Shown here in pieces: positions 34,026-57,148 of a stretch of 64,000 nucleotides of DNA. Made by a program: the position numbers and the translations under genes. The DNA is from Macrostomum lignano (Eukaryota). The stretch is from positions 1,302,001 to 1,366,000 of the forward strand of contig NIVC01000029.1 in assembly GCA_002269645.1 (NCBI GenBank), given 5' to 3'. Position 1 is the first letter of the stretch. The number at the start of each line of letters is the position of its first letter. The notes under the pieces were generated by a model, which was given only the letters and a program-made list of their open reading frames with translations, ran no database searches and was not told the DNA's origin.

Positions 34026-34844
34026 CCTCTAGCCTACATGTACCTCTACTCCCCTTTAGCGTACCTCTACCCCTCGACTCAAACTCTCTCACTATATCCT
34101 ACCTCTCTCACTCTACACTACGGCTCTCCCTCTACCCTACCTCTCTCACTCTACCCTACCTCTCTTTCTCTACACTACCTCTCTCAGTCTCTCTACCTCT
34201 ATTCCTCTAGCCTGCCTCTTTCTTCTCACACCCACAACTCTCTCTTACTAATTAATTTAGTACATCCGCAATGTTTCGTTCATATCCCTCACTTGCTTTC
34301 CCTTGCCCTCCACTGCCTTTGCCTCGGGCACTCTTTCTATTCTCCATGCTTATTGCCCAAAATGATAAAGCTGTAGGCCCAGCCGCTTGTTTTAATTAGT
34401 CTAACAGCTGTCCCACACGAGACAGTCGCAGACGCCCAACCATAGGCCCCAGGAAGATGCTTGAAGCAGAATGGAGGCGATTTCAGGCAGAAAAGCAGGA
34501 GAAAAACAGAGAATTCAGCTGTTCAAAGACGGATGGATCTATACAGAAAAGTCAATTGAATCGCGAGAGCAGAAAGCCAAAGGCATGAATTGAAAAAAAA
34601 AACACGGAACATTGCTGAGGCCGAAATATCAGGCAGCCTTGAAGTAAATATTATGGCTAGTCACGTTTCTAAAAGAGAGTTATTCTCAGAAATCGAAAGT
34701 CTCCAATAACAATTGAAAAAAACCTGCCTAATATATATTTTTCACTCTGATTTCAGCACCCTGGGACAGGATGGCAGAGTCACTAAAAGCAACTAGAGTT
34801 GCGGCTAAACTATAGAAAACTAACGGAAACATGTAGGTTTAGAT

Positions 34845-37085
34845 GTAGGGTAGAGAGAAGAGAGGGAGAGTGAGAGAGGTAGGGTACAGGGAGAGAGGTA
34901 GGGTAGAGGGAGAGAGGTAGGCTAGAGGGAGAGAGGTAGGCTAGAGGGAGAGAGGTAGGCTAGAGGGAGAGAGGTAGGCTAGAGGGAGAGAGGTAGGCTA
35001 GAGGGAGAGAGGTAGGCTAGAGGGAGAGAGGTAGGCTAGAGGGAGAGAGGTAGGCTAGAGGGAGAGAGGTAGGCTAAAGGGAGAGAGGTAGGCTAGAGGG
35101 AGAGAGGTAGGCTAGAAGGAGAGAGGTAGGCTAGAGGGAGAGAGGTAGGCTAAAGGGAAAGAGGCTAGAAGGAGAGAGGTAGGCTAGAAGGAGAGAGGTG
35201 GGGTAGAGGGAGAGAGGTAGGGTAGAGGGAGAGAGGGAGGCTAGAAGGAGAGAGGTAGGCTAGAGGGAGAGAGGTAGGGTAGAGGGAGAGAGGTAGGCTA
35301 GAGGGAGAGAGGTAGGCTAGAGGGAGAGAGGTAGGCTAGAGGGAGAGAGGTAGGCTAGAGGGAGAGAGGGAGGCTAGAAGGAGAGAGGTAGGGTAGAGGG
35401 AGAGAGGTAGGCTAGAGGGAGAGAGGTAGGCAAGAGGGAGAGAGGTAGGGTAGAGGGAAAGAGGCGAGAAGGAGAGAGGTAGGCCAAAGGGAAAGAGGCG
35501 AGAGGGAGAGAGGTAGCCTAAGATAGAGAGAGGTAGGCTAGAAGGAGAGAGGTAGGCTAGAGGGAGAGAGGTAGGCTAGAAGGAGAGAGGTAGGCTAGAG
35601 GGAGAGAGGTAGGCTAAAGGGAAAGAGGCTAGAAGGAGAGAGGTAGGCTAGAAGGAGAGAGGTGGGGTAGAGGGAGAGAGGTAGGGTAGAGGGAGAGAGG
35701 GAGGCTAGAAGGAGAGAGGTAGGCTAGAGGGAGAGAGGTAGGGTAGAGGGAGAGAGGTAGGCTAGAGGGAGAGAGGTAGGCTAGAGGGAGAGAGGTAGGC
35801 TAGAGGGAGAGAGGTAGGCTAGAGGGAGAGAGGGAGGCTAGAAGGAGAGAGGTAGGGTAGAGGGAGAGAGGTAGGCTAGAGGGAGAGAGGTAGGCAAGAG
35901 GGAGAGAGGTAGGGTAGAGGGAAAGAGGCGAGAAGGAGAGAGGTAGGCCAAAGGGAAAGAGGCGAGAGGGAGAGAGGTAGCCTAAGATAGAGAGAGGTAG
36001 GCTAGAAGGAGAGAGGTAGGCTAAAGGGAAGAGGCTAGAAGGAGAGAGGTAGGCTAAAGGGAAAGAGGCGAGAGGGAGAGAGGTAGGCTAAAGGGAAAGA
36101 GGCGAGAAGGAGAGAGGTAGGCCAAAGGGAAAGAGGCGAGAGGGAGAGAGGTAGCCTAAGATAGAGAGAGGTAGGCTAGAAGGAGAGAGGTAGGCTAAAG
36201 GGAAAGAGGCTAGAAGGAGAGAGGTAGGCTAAAGGGAAAGAGGCGAGAGGGAGAGAGGTAGGCTAAAGGGAAAGAGGCGAGAGGGAGAGAGGTAGGCTAA
36301 AGGGAAAGAGGCGAGAGGGAGAGAGGTAGGCTAAAGGGAAAGAGGCGAGAGGGAGAGAGGTAGGCTAAAGGGAAAGAGGCGAGAGGGAGAGAGGTAGGCT
36401 AAAGGGAAAGAGGCGAGAGGGAGAGAGGTAGGCTAAAGGGAAAGAGGCTAGAGGGAGAGAGGTAGGCTCGAGGGAAAGAGGCTAGAGGGAGAGAGGTAGG
36501 CTAGAGGGAGAGAGGTAGGCTAAAGGGAAAGAGGCTAGAGGGAGAGAGGAAGGCTAGAGGGAGAGAGGTAGGCTAAAGGGAAAGAGGCGAGAGGGAGAGA
36601 GGTAGGCTAAAGAGAAAGAGGCGAGAGGGAGAGAGGTAGGCTAGAGGGAAAGAGGCTAGAGGGAGAGAGGTAGGCTAGAGGGAGAGAGGTAGGCTAGAGG
36701 GAGAGAGGTAGGCTAGAAGGAGAGAGGTAGGCTAGAAGGAGAGAGGTAGGCTAGAGGGAGAGAGGTAGGCTAGAAGGAGAGAGGTAGGCTAGAGGGAGAG
36801 AGGTAGGCTAGAAGGAGAGAGGTAGGCGAGAGGGAGAGAGGTAGGCTAAAGGGAAAGAGGCTAGAGGGAGAGAGGAAGGCTAGAGGGAGAGAGGTAGGCT
36901 AAAGGGAAAGAGGCGAGAGGGAGAGAGGTAGGCTAAAGGGAAAGAGGCGAGAGGGAGAGAGGTAGGCTAAAGGGAAAGAGGCGAGAGGGAGAGAGGTAGG
37001 CTAAAGGGAAAGAGGCTAGAGGGAGAGAGGAAGGCTAGAGGGAGAGAGGCGAGAGGGAGAGAGGTAGCCTAAGATAGAGAGAGGT
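34845..37085. repeat. Purine-rich 19-bp minisatellite (GCTAGAGGGAGAGAGGTAG) with variant units
   Basis: Directly visible; related to the reverse complement of the 32495-34025 array. Confidence 0.96.
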
Positions 37086-37769
37086 AGAGTTTTTGTCTGG
37101 CCCGGTGAATTCCAGCGGACTGTAAGAGGCTGAGCTCCCTAATTTCACATACAGAATGACGGCAAAGCTAGATGGTCATTTGACAGACTCTCCTAATTTT
37201 CTATGCCTGCCGGTTAGCAACAGTGAATATAAAAAATACAGCAGCGCCCACAGCCAGCTTAACTATAAGAGAGTTAGAGGATAAAGTTCCACGCCAAACA
37301 GGATTCCGCGCTAGCATACTTTAGCGCCAGTCTATCTCGCTCTTCTCTCATCTACACAGGCTATACACACAGGATGGCATGCGGGAGGCGAGGACCCTCC
37401 CTGTCTCTCCCTAAGCTGGGTGGTGGACAAAGGCTACTTGCTTGCGTGGTGAAGCTAGCCAACCCCGGCAGGAGGGTGATGGGGAGGCGAAGGCTTTGCA
37501 CTTCAAACTCCCTCAACCTCTTGCCGCAGCTCCGCTCCCTCTTTCTCCCTGAACTATTTTTACATCAATATAAGCCTTCGCTGATAGCCCCAAGCAAAGG
37601 AGATTTGGCTGGAGACAGACTCACAGAAGGGAACGGCTGTGTGAGGCTTACTTAGCCAGGAGACTTGAAAAAACTCTGAAACTCTGCTTTTGCAACTGGT
37701 CGATTGAAAGGCGAGTAATATATAAATACTTTGCTGTCTACAAGTGTTTGCTTATTAAAACTTTACTCA

Positions 37770-38183
37770 CTGACCCATCATCTAAGCTCCTTGACCCACT
37801 GACCCATCACCCGAGCTCCTTGACCAACTGACCCATCACCCAAGCTCCTTGACCAACTGACCCATCACTTGAGCTCCTTGACCCACTGACTTATCACCTA
37901 AGCTCCTTGATCCACTGACCCATCACCCGAGCTCCTTGACCAACTGACCCATCACTTGAGCTCCTTGACCCACTGACTCATCACCCGAGCTCTTTGACCC
38001 ACTGACTCATCACCCAAGCTCCTTGACCAACTGACCCATCACTTGAGCTCCTTGACCCACTGACTCATCACCCGAGCTCTTTGACCCACTGACTCATCAC
38101 CCAAGCTCCTTGACCCACTGACCCATCACTTGAGCTCCTTGACCCACTGACTCATAACCCGAGCTCCTTGACCCACTGACCCA
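37770..38183. repeat. 29-bp minisatellite (CTGACCCATCACCCGAGCTCCTTGACCCA), ~14 copies, ending at the innexin ATG
   Basis: Directly visible. Confidence 0.93.
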
Positions 38184-41100
38184 ATGCCGCCAGCTTCTCC
38201 CGTCGCGCAGATCGCCATGCCGAGCTGGCCGGGTCAGGGCACAGCCGAGGACTGGTTCGACCGAGCATGCTGGCTGGGTTCGGCTGCTCTGTTCAGCCTG
38301 TTTGCCATGTACTCCTCGGCCGTGATGCACTGGAGTTCGCTGCCGTCGCCACTACGCTGCCTGGCGCCCAAGGAGTTCAACCACGCCTGGCTTGAGCACG
38401 CCGAGACCTTCTGCTGGGAGGCTCCGCTGCTGTACGAAGAGGTTAACAAGACCTCACAGGGGCCGTACGGACAGGGAGTGCCGGTGAAAAGTGAGTTTTC
38501 TTTAACAGATAGCACTCTTCCCTACTTCTGAGATTCAGCATCCCTAGTTGTGAAATTGAAGAGAAGGCCCATTTCTGAGATTCAAGACCACATTTATGAG
38601 ATTCAGGACCACATTTCTGAGATTCAGGACCACATTTCTGAGATTCAGGACCACATTTCTGAGATTCAGGACCACATTTATGAGATTCAGGACCACATTT
38701 CTGAGATTCAGGACCACATTTCTGAGATTCAGGACCACATTTCTGAGATTCAGGACCTCATTCCTGTGATTCAGGACCCCAGTTCTGAGATTAAGGACCA
38801 CATTTCTGAGATTCAGGACCTCATTCCTGTGATTCAGGATCCAGTTCTGAGATTTAGAACCCTGTTTCTGCGATTCGTGGCCCAATTTTCTGAGATTCAG
38901 GACCCCAGTTCTGAGATTCAGGACCCCATTCCTGAGATTCAGGATCCAGTTCTGAGATTTAGAACCCTGTTTCTGCGATTCATGGCCCAATTTTCTGAGA
39001 TTCAGGACCCCAGTTCTGAGATTCAGGACCCTATTTAAGAGATTCGGGACCCGATTTATGAGATTCAGGACCCCAGTTCCGAGATTCAGGACCCCAGTTC
39101 TGAGATTCAGGACCCTATTTAAGAGATTCGGGACCCGATTTATGAGATTCAGGACCCCAGTTCCGAGATTCAGGACCCCATTATTGAGATTCAGGACCTT
39201 ATTTATGAAATTTAGGACCTACTTTCTGAGATTCAGGCCACCATTTATAAGATGAAGGATATCATTTTTTTGAGATTGAGAACCCCATTTCTGAGAGTTA
39301 GAACCCAATTTTTTAGATTCTGGCTACTATTATTGAGATAAAGGATATCTTTTTGAGATTTAGGACTCAAATTTGAGATTCAGGACCCAGTTTTTGAGAT
39401 TCAGGACCCTATTTATAAGATTCAGGACCCGATTTTTGAGATTCAGAACTTTATTTATGAGATTCAGGGCCCCGATGGAAAAATTCATAAAAATTCTATA
39501 TTGCGATATTCAAAATCACCATCAGACCAGATGATAGGGAACAAGCTGCAGTATCCCACAGGACAGCTGTGCAGGCTCATTACAAAACTTTTCAAAACAA
39601 CTTTTAGCCTCGGGGAGCAAAATTACAGATCATGAGTCTGCCCCTTCCACCAGGGGTCCGTCATTAGCCAGACTTTACTAGATCAATTGCTCGACTAGGA
39701 CCGTAGAACAACTTGACTAATTAACCAAGGAAAACGAATTCGAACAATGAAAGACTAGATATATTGGACCGCAAGACTTGGCTAGTAAAAAACAGTAGAT
39801 GTAGGATCATTTCTGACTTACAGGGTTGCTGGGGGGGGGGGTTTACAATTAATCCGAGTTACTATGGCTGATTTAAAGACTTTTTACAGTCGCGTAGTCA
39901 ACTATAGGAAGTGATTAAATTTCTGATCGAAGGCGGGTTTGGTCTCAGTTCGTAGGGAGTAAGTGCCAGGTTAGTTAAAGAGGCGGAAAGGGTTTTGGTT
40001 AGAGGGACAAAAAGGAAAATTTGATTGAAGAGTCTTAGGGAAGGATATCAAGAGGTGTGATAAGGGCAGAGGTTCAAAAGAGGAAGAGGTAGGATAGCGG
40101 GTGAGTTAGAGGAGTTGAAGGTAGGGTATAGGGAGAGAGGTAGAGTAGAGGGAGAGAGGTAGGGTATAGGAAGAGAGGTACATACAGCGAGAGAGGTAGG
40201 TAGAAAAGAGAAATGTAAGGTAGAGGGAGAGAGGTATGGTAGAGGGAGAGGTATACGGAGAGAGGTATACGGAGAGAGGTAGGGTAGAAGAAGAAAGGTA
40301 GGGTTTGAGGTAGAGAGTTGGGGTAGGGCGAGAGAGGTAGGGTAGAGTAAGAGAGGTAGGGTAGAAGTTATAGAAGACTGAAGGGTAGTGCAGAGGGTAC
40401 AAGGGCAAAGAGACAGGATAGAGGATTAACTAAAGCTTGACAGAAGAGATTTCAGTATCCTATTTCTAGTAATCTGCTGTCAGAATGTTTTAAGCACAGA
40501 TTTAGAAGCCCGTGTGCAACGACAGGACTAGAGTCAACTTAGCCGCAAATCGCATATGCTCAACGCATAAAAGTACAAAACCTTGTCCCATGCGTCTTTT
40601 TTCATCGCGGTTTCAGGATCCCAAAAAGTGTTAAATTTAGAAATTTCGGCTCAACCATCCCGCCCACGACTCTTCCCTGCCTGTGTGCCACCCCCTTCCC
40701 ATTCTCCCTAGTGTAACTCCCTAAGCCAACAATTTTTCATCAATTTTCTAGCCAGCCAAGGAACATCCGGACAAGCGCTCGGAAAGCTCTGATGGAGAAG
40801 AGAAGCTGAATATTCTATGAGCGTGTTGCCCCTTGCTTGCAGGCCAAGCTTTGAGAGAAAATTGCATTTTGGCTACAAGAGCCGAATGGCACTAAGTAGA
40901 CGAAGTGTACCGTCAACCCCAGCAGATGATTGCCTTGAAGCCTTCTATCTCAGTATTGGGGACTTGTAGGATTCTATAAATAGATTTTTGTTTTATATCA
41001 ATATGGATAGGTAGGCGCGATGCTAATGGTCTGGTGAAGTGGAACTAAGTTTTCGGTGTATAGTGGCGAAGACTGGATGATGACATCGTAACACAACCAG

Positions 41101-42311
41101 CAGCGCTGAGGCAATTCTGTCCTTTCCGCTGACTCCTGACATCAGCGGCCCTGACTTCTAATGCACTCCCTGTGCCTTGGGGGTGGCTCTCAAGCCTTAT
41201 GGACAGACCACTGGACGCTTTCACAGATCACAGGGTACCTCTAGAGCCAGTAGGAGCCAACATCATCTACCTGAAACTGTCTCCCACAGACTACCTACGC
41301 TGGCTGCCAGCCGTATTCGTCGGAATAGCCGTTGCCATGGCGACGCCCCGATTGCTATGGCAACTAATTGGCCGCCGAGCCCACGAGCTGGTGGAACTTG
41401 GCGTTGCCTGCCAGTGGCAGCCGTGGCTGGAGAGAAGCCACGCCACCGCTTATCTAGCCGACGAACTTCGCCGTCCAAGCCTGCTACCCTGTTGCCTGGC
41501 AACCGTCTATCTCGTTGCCAAGACGACCACATGTGGCCTCGCTCTGGCCTGTCTGCGCCTATTAGGCCAGCCGTTCACAGCTGTTGCCGGGCATCCTCTG
41601 GGACCTGCCAGGCGCCTTCTGCTGGACCCGGACTGGCAGTCTGGTCTCATGCCAGGCGCTTTTCACTGCGAGTACGGCGGCGAGCTGCACGTGCATCATC
41701 AGCACTCGCACCAGCTGGTGTGCGAATTCGCCCACGAGTCTCTGGTTAACTGCCTGTGCATTGCCGGCTCACTCTGGCTGCTGCTGTGCGCCCTGGCTAG
41801 CGGAGTGAGCGGCCTGGTCTGGCTGGCCTGCCTGCTGCCGCCAGTCAGGCGCCGACTGCTTGCCAGACTGCAGCGCGGAGGTCTTCAGCAGCCTCAGCAA
41901 CAACCGGAGCAGCAACTGGCCTGCGACGCCAGCCTTCTATTGATGCACATCGACTCCGGCGTGTCTGGACTTCTAGCCAGCGACGTACTTCAGCAGCTGG
42001 CTAGACTAGTTGCCGCGGAAGAATCCGCCGCTGCCGCCGCTGCCGCCGCTGCTGCCGCCGCCGCCGCCGCCGCTTCCACTTGTGACGACGAAGACCAACA
42101 AGAGCGCCAGGACCTGCAGCTGGACAGTCCGACCGCTGCCACGGCTCTGCTTCTGTCGAAAACTCCCGTCGCTTTTCTGACCGAGCATTCCGAGGAAAAA
42201 ATCGGCGGAGGCCACCAGAAGAACAATAACCATCAGCAGAATAACCACCACCAGAATAACCACCACCAGAAGAACCACCACCAGAAGAACCCACATCAAA
42301 ATGGAATTTAA
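38184..42311 (+). CDS. Divergent innexin (gap junction/hemichannel protein); exons 38184-38490 and 41290-42311; ~442 aa
   Basis: EDWFDR..TM1..PLRCLAPKEFNHAWLEHAETFCW (EL1, 2 Cys), YLRWLP (YYQWVP-like), PRLLW, YLVAK (TM3), PGAFHCEY...LVCEF (EL2, 2 Cys), TM4. Phase-1 GT-AG intron. An upstream alternative acceptor at 41225 is possible. Confidence 0.85.
38570..39470. repeat. 21-bp minisatellite (TCTGAGATTCAGGACCACATT and variants) in the innexin intron
   Basis: Directly visible; degenerates toward 39470. Confidence 0.94.
40085..40420. repeat. Degenerate purine-rich repeat related to the 34845-37085 array
   Basis: Repeated GAGAGGTAGGGTAGAG motifs. Confidence 0.75.
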
Positions 42312-44576
42312 AAAAGACGATAGCAACGAAGTGAAATACCTTGCAACCTTTTGAGTTGGTTTTAACAACGATTTTTTAAAACTTATATCGTCCGTTTCAT
42401 TTTAACGGTTTAACGATTCGTCGATATAACTTTGCTAATCAAATATTCTTACAGTTTATGAGTTTAGTAGGCTAACTGATGAATTGACTGAAGCTATATC
42501 ACCTGGAGTTTAATTGAATTATATTTCCTAATTGCTAAATCGTTTATTTGTTGTTAAATTAATGACTGATCGGTTTGTTGGTAAAAATGATTGACTGTTA
42601 TTTTCTTAGATAACTGCTTCTAGTGGGCCATTCGTACGGGTAGTCTGAAGAAAGGGGTTAAAAAAATTTTAGACATTCATTCTTTATTTAGTAATTTTAT
42701 TTTTTATTTTAAAAAGGGAGATTTTTTCCGTTTTGGAAATAAACCAGTTTTTGTTTTAACGAGACACTTTTTTACGTTTGAGCAATCGAGATACTAACGT
42801 ACGAATAGCCACTATGCAGATGATTATAACTGTCAGAGCGAAAATATCTGCGTCAATGTTTCTGCTATAACGCTAATTTGTCATATATCGATGCTAAAAA
42901 TTATTTATAAATCGCGCTTGTTGTCTGGTGATCCCTCCCGCTTTGCGTCCGTTATGTTTTATCAATGCGAACGTAAATTATAACAAAGAATTCATTTTTT
43001 TAATTTATACACATTGAGAATATTATTTAATGAACTCGTAAAAATATTGGTTTCAACCTGTCAGTCATAATTTACTTTGCAATCTGTGTTTGAGAAGATT
43101 TTTTCTGCTTTTTTGTTAATTAAGTTTTATGGTGTGTACCACTCGTACATTCATAAAGTTTTGCGAAATTTAATGTTCATAATTTATTTTCATTACATCC
43201 AGCTGCGTCTCCAGTCTACCTCTTAATCAGTTCATGCTGCTTCTTAATATCTTTATGATTTTCTCGCTAATCGCTATTTATACCTAACATTTTCAAACAT
43301 AGGCATATCATTTACTATATTCTTTGTCATTACATTTCCGCAATTTTTCTGTCATGGGCATTTTAATGTTTAATCATTTATTTCATACAGCAAATGGCAA
43401 TTGGTTTTGAATACAATGAAAGTGCGGGACATTGTTGACTTAACTGTTGAGACCATGTTCCGCATGGCCGTTAGTAGTTAGCATCATTTTTGTTGAAACA
43501 TTTAATCATCGACTTTCGACTTTACAGTACGATGTACTTAGAGTTACTTAAACTTGGTTCTACCATATGAAACGTTCGAGAGCGACGCATCGATAGGATG
43601 ATTATTTTGCATCAAAAACCAGCAAGTCAACCAACCAGTCATGAGCATCATGGATGAGCTGTATGGATTTCTTCTTTTTGCAGCTCGTTATTCGGTCAAT
43701 GTCGAATTAGACAGAACACGGAGAGCAAAGAAGCTGCTGAGTCGCTTATAAGAACCTGCAGTCCATTTCCTTGCATGATGGACCACGACTTGAACAGGAA
43801 ACTTACTTTTCTCTCTTCCATTAGTGACTGGCAGCTAGTATTATTAGTGGACACGGGGACAGAGATCGGAGGAGCTATTAATTGATTTGGCATCTAAAAA
43901 AGGAAAGAATAATCTAGAAAATGGACGCGAAGCCCCAACTAGCCAGGCAAGACGCGCGGCTGGACCGCGGTTGTCATGCCGAGGGCCAACGATCAGGCCC
44001 AGTGGGTCCAATTTCATACTGTTGCTATGCCTGCCTTCAGGAGCTCATATGCCGGATCGCGTGGCACAAAAAAACAAGCTGGCGTGCATGCACCCCGTGG
44101 CGATCGCGACTCCACAGTTCTCGGCTTGAAATTTGATCCTGTTTTGGTGCTAAAAATAGGCACTGCAGCCCCGGGACAGATGTGAGACTCAGATTATGTG
44201 CTGTTGGCTCGTTCCAGCACAAATCAGATATAAAGCTAATTTTGAGCATTTGCGGGTCAGTCGACTTTACGGATCTTTCCTGCGTAATGATTCATTTCCT
44301 AAATGGAAAGACACCCAGCTGTCTTGCTCCGACATAAGCATACAGCCAGATACAGCACTGGTTGCGTGTAAAACAACTTCCTCAAATTATTTAAACTGAT
44401 GAAGATTTCATGACTACATGTATCGACCACAGCTAGCCGGATGCTGGATAGACAGATTACGCGGCGGTCGCGAGAGACTTCGTACTGTGATAATTTAAAG
44501 ATTAGCGGCTTAAAATAGGACAGTATACTAGCTAATATTGGATTGTGTGGCTCGACATCTTAGCGCGTATCTAAAT

Positions 44577-44674
44577 CTAGATGGATAGACAGATAGACGC
44601 ATACATAGATGTATACGTGTAGATAGATAGATGGATAGATGGATAGATAGATAGATAGATAGATAGATGGATAA

Positions 44675-44729
<55 letters not shown>

Positions 44730-44765
44730 GATAGATAGATGGATAGATACAGTAGATAGATGTAT
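44577..44765. repeat. (GATA)n microsatellite
   Basis: Directly visible. Confidence 0.97.
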
Positions 44766-45905
44766 ATATTGATAGACGTATTGTATAATCCGTATTATGT
44801 TTCGACTTTTATCTTTTAAAATTAACAAACTAACTTACTACTATAAAAAAGCCGATAGTTAGTAGTACGATGCGCATTTATTTGTGCATCTTTTTCACAA
44901 ACATATATTCGTCAAAATCTGATATGAAGACACTCACAGTTTATTCACAATACACAAGAGCTGGTGAGCACAATAAAAAGCAAACAGTAAAGCCAGAAAT
45001 TCTGATCTCACTAAAACTCGCGCACAAATATTTCCGGTTTTTTGGGAGAGATGAGACAGTATATAGTACAAAGCAAATATGTCACTTTTCACTTTTTAAA
45101 GTGTTTGCAACTTTGTGCTGTTCAAGAAAAACACGCCAGTAGCCTAGTAGAATACAGTGCAAAGCATCTTACAAACAAAGAAAAATACCAGGCATAAAAA
45201 TAGGATTAGAATGCGCGATTTTCTGAGGTTTGCTTGTCCTTTTATGCCTCAATATATGATATTAATTATCGTCACACAGAATAGAAAGCAATTAAAGTTC
45301 CATTGTCGCCTCCTCTATCTGCTTAAGCGCTATTGTAACTGGCCAATTTCCAACGAGGGAAGAACACAGAAAATCGCAGACCGTCTCCTCGCTTCCCAAT
45401 TTGAGTTTACACAACGCAACAGAAAAAATAGTAGGTGATGTCTATAGAATAATATTAGAGAGTATGGACGTAAAGCAACAATATATATTAGTTTCGAGAG
45501 ACAGAGAGAGAGAGAGAGAGACAAGCGTCGCGGATTAACCGTCGGGGAACGGCTAAAAACTGAAGCAGTCTGCCCGCGGCCTTCACTTCACTGTTCTCAC
45601 TGCCATTTTCATGGTCAACTTACATTTCCTGTCCAACTGAATAAAACCGTGATAAACGTGCGCCAATAAGTTGGTGGAGACATGCAGGCCACACAAAGAC
45701 AACGGTGGTTACACAGCTTCAGTGATTGAATGTCAAATACGATAGGAAAAAGCTTCACAAATGTAATAACCTAAATTGTAACCATCTTCATCAGCGATCG
45801 TGTCGCAACAGTTGAGTATAAGTACACTGATAGTGGGATAATCTTCCCATAGAGAGTACTTCATGGGTTGTGGAGGGGCCTGGGACTCAAAATTATTGGT
45901 TTCGT

Positions 45906-55244
<9,339 letters not shown>

Positions 55245-57148
55245 TCAGTGGCGCCGCCGCGCTCCGAAATACGCGCTCAGCAATGATTGCCGGTAAGAAG
55301 ACTGAGCCGCTGGCGGGGCATGGTCTCTCTTCTGCTGCGGCGCTAAACCTTTTTTACTCTGCAGGCTCGGAATGGGCTACCTTGCTCAAATAGTTAACTG
55401 GCTACAGTTGGCTGATGCTATTATTTTATTATGCTAAGTGGTTGAAGATGAATTCTACGGCCCTTAGAAACTGTAGCGGCCCCATTGTTTGACTGGCGGA
55501 CGATTGGTTGTCGCCCCCGATGCACCGTTTTCCACCGAGCAGAGAGTGGAGTTTGAGACCCGATAATATCGTATAATAGAGATAGCAAACGCTTAAAGAC
55601 TATTGCTACTGCAGTGACCGAGCGTTGAGTACAAGACAGATAAAAAATGTTTAGAGCGGACCAAAGCGCAATTAACGCAAAATGAAGGTGCGAGAGAGTT
55701 GAGGTATCAACGAGCCCTAACCGCTGAAAAGAAACATTAGCGGAGCTAAAAAATGGTCCTAAGATATTGGAGAGAATACAGGCAGGAGAGCAAGATAGGG
55801 GAGGAAAAAAATTAGTTTATTGGGCTTCGAGAGGATGTCCTGATTGAAGAATCCAACGTCAAGCCGAAGATAGGTCTCGATGCTACCGCTGTCACCTCTA
55901 GAGCCTCTAACACCGCTACCGTCTCTGCGAGGCTCTGCAAGCCTCTGCGAGCGAACGAAAGGAATAGAGCCGCGATGGAGTGTGGCCGTCCGTATTCTCA
56001 CTGGATTTTTTATCGGGTCGCGCGCGTTGACGTCAACTGAATCTAGGAGCCTAGTAAGGACGCCTTAATTCTCTTTCCTGCGTCGCGCGCCCTGCACCCC
56101 TCTCCCTCTCTCTGGCGCTGAGAGAGAAGCCTACGGTAAATCGTTCAAAGCGAGGGGGATCGGGCGGCCGTGCGCGGGAGGAGACGGTGGGGAGGGAAGA
56201 GGGAGTTGGGTAGACTGAGGGTCCCAGCCAAACAGTGAAGCGTGGGCCTGGGTGTGGTGCGAGTGGGTGACGCTCGCTTTGCTGGCTGAACCCAGCAACC
56301 AGTGGGATTCTCCGCCGGCACTCCCGACCTAATCTCATCCCCACTGCCACTTCCTTTCTCATTCTCGTTTCGTGTCTTCTCTCATTCTATCGCCTATCAT
56401 AGAGAAGAGAAATTGATTTGAAAGTCAAGCACTTGGCCCTCATCAAAGCCTCCGAGAGGTTTTACTCTGCAGGACTCAAAATCCCCTTTTTTGACCTCTC
56501 CTCTCCTCCCTCTACCAACCTTCCTGTAGCTTTTGATAAGCGGCAAGTTCAAAGCGGCACCCTATGAAGAAGGGGAAGGGAAGAACTAGGGCAAGCGAAG
56601 AGTCAGAGAGAGAGAGAGACAGAGAGGAGAGAAGAGAAATCATTTTTGTCTAGCGTCAGTCGCTGCCGCTCTTGAGGCTGGCTGCTTTGCCTCCCCTCCC
56701 TTTGCCCCGATAAAAGATGAGTGAAGGTGGATTAAAAAAGATTTAACTATCTAAGCAGGGGCGGCATAAGAAAGGAATGAAATGACAGACTATGAAGCGG
56801 CCCGGCAGCTTATCTCAAAGGAAGGCTCTTTCTGAGCTAAACTGCATGGCTGAATGATAAGCCGCCGCCTTTGCCAGAGGCGAGTATTCATAGGAAAGAA
56901 AAAGAATAAATCAAACGAGGACAAAATTTCTAGCGCCTAAGCTATAGAAAAAAAACCTTTTCAAAAGACACAGAAACTAAGGTCAGTTGAGGCTTAAGAT
57001 TAGAAGTTATTATACTTTAGCCTTACGATCTACGCTATGAAGCAAGAGAGCCAACTTGCTATACTCGAGAAAAACAAGGCTTGGCAAACTTTAGCTGGCC
57101 CTCGGGTTCTTGGAGACTTCACAATAGCAATCCGGCCCACTCGGGGTT

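Noticed and set aside
55400-57100. GA/GC-rich region with short ORFs upstream of PDE4
   Set aside because: No motif, repeat partner or coding signature that I can support.
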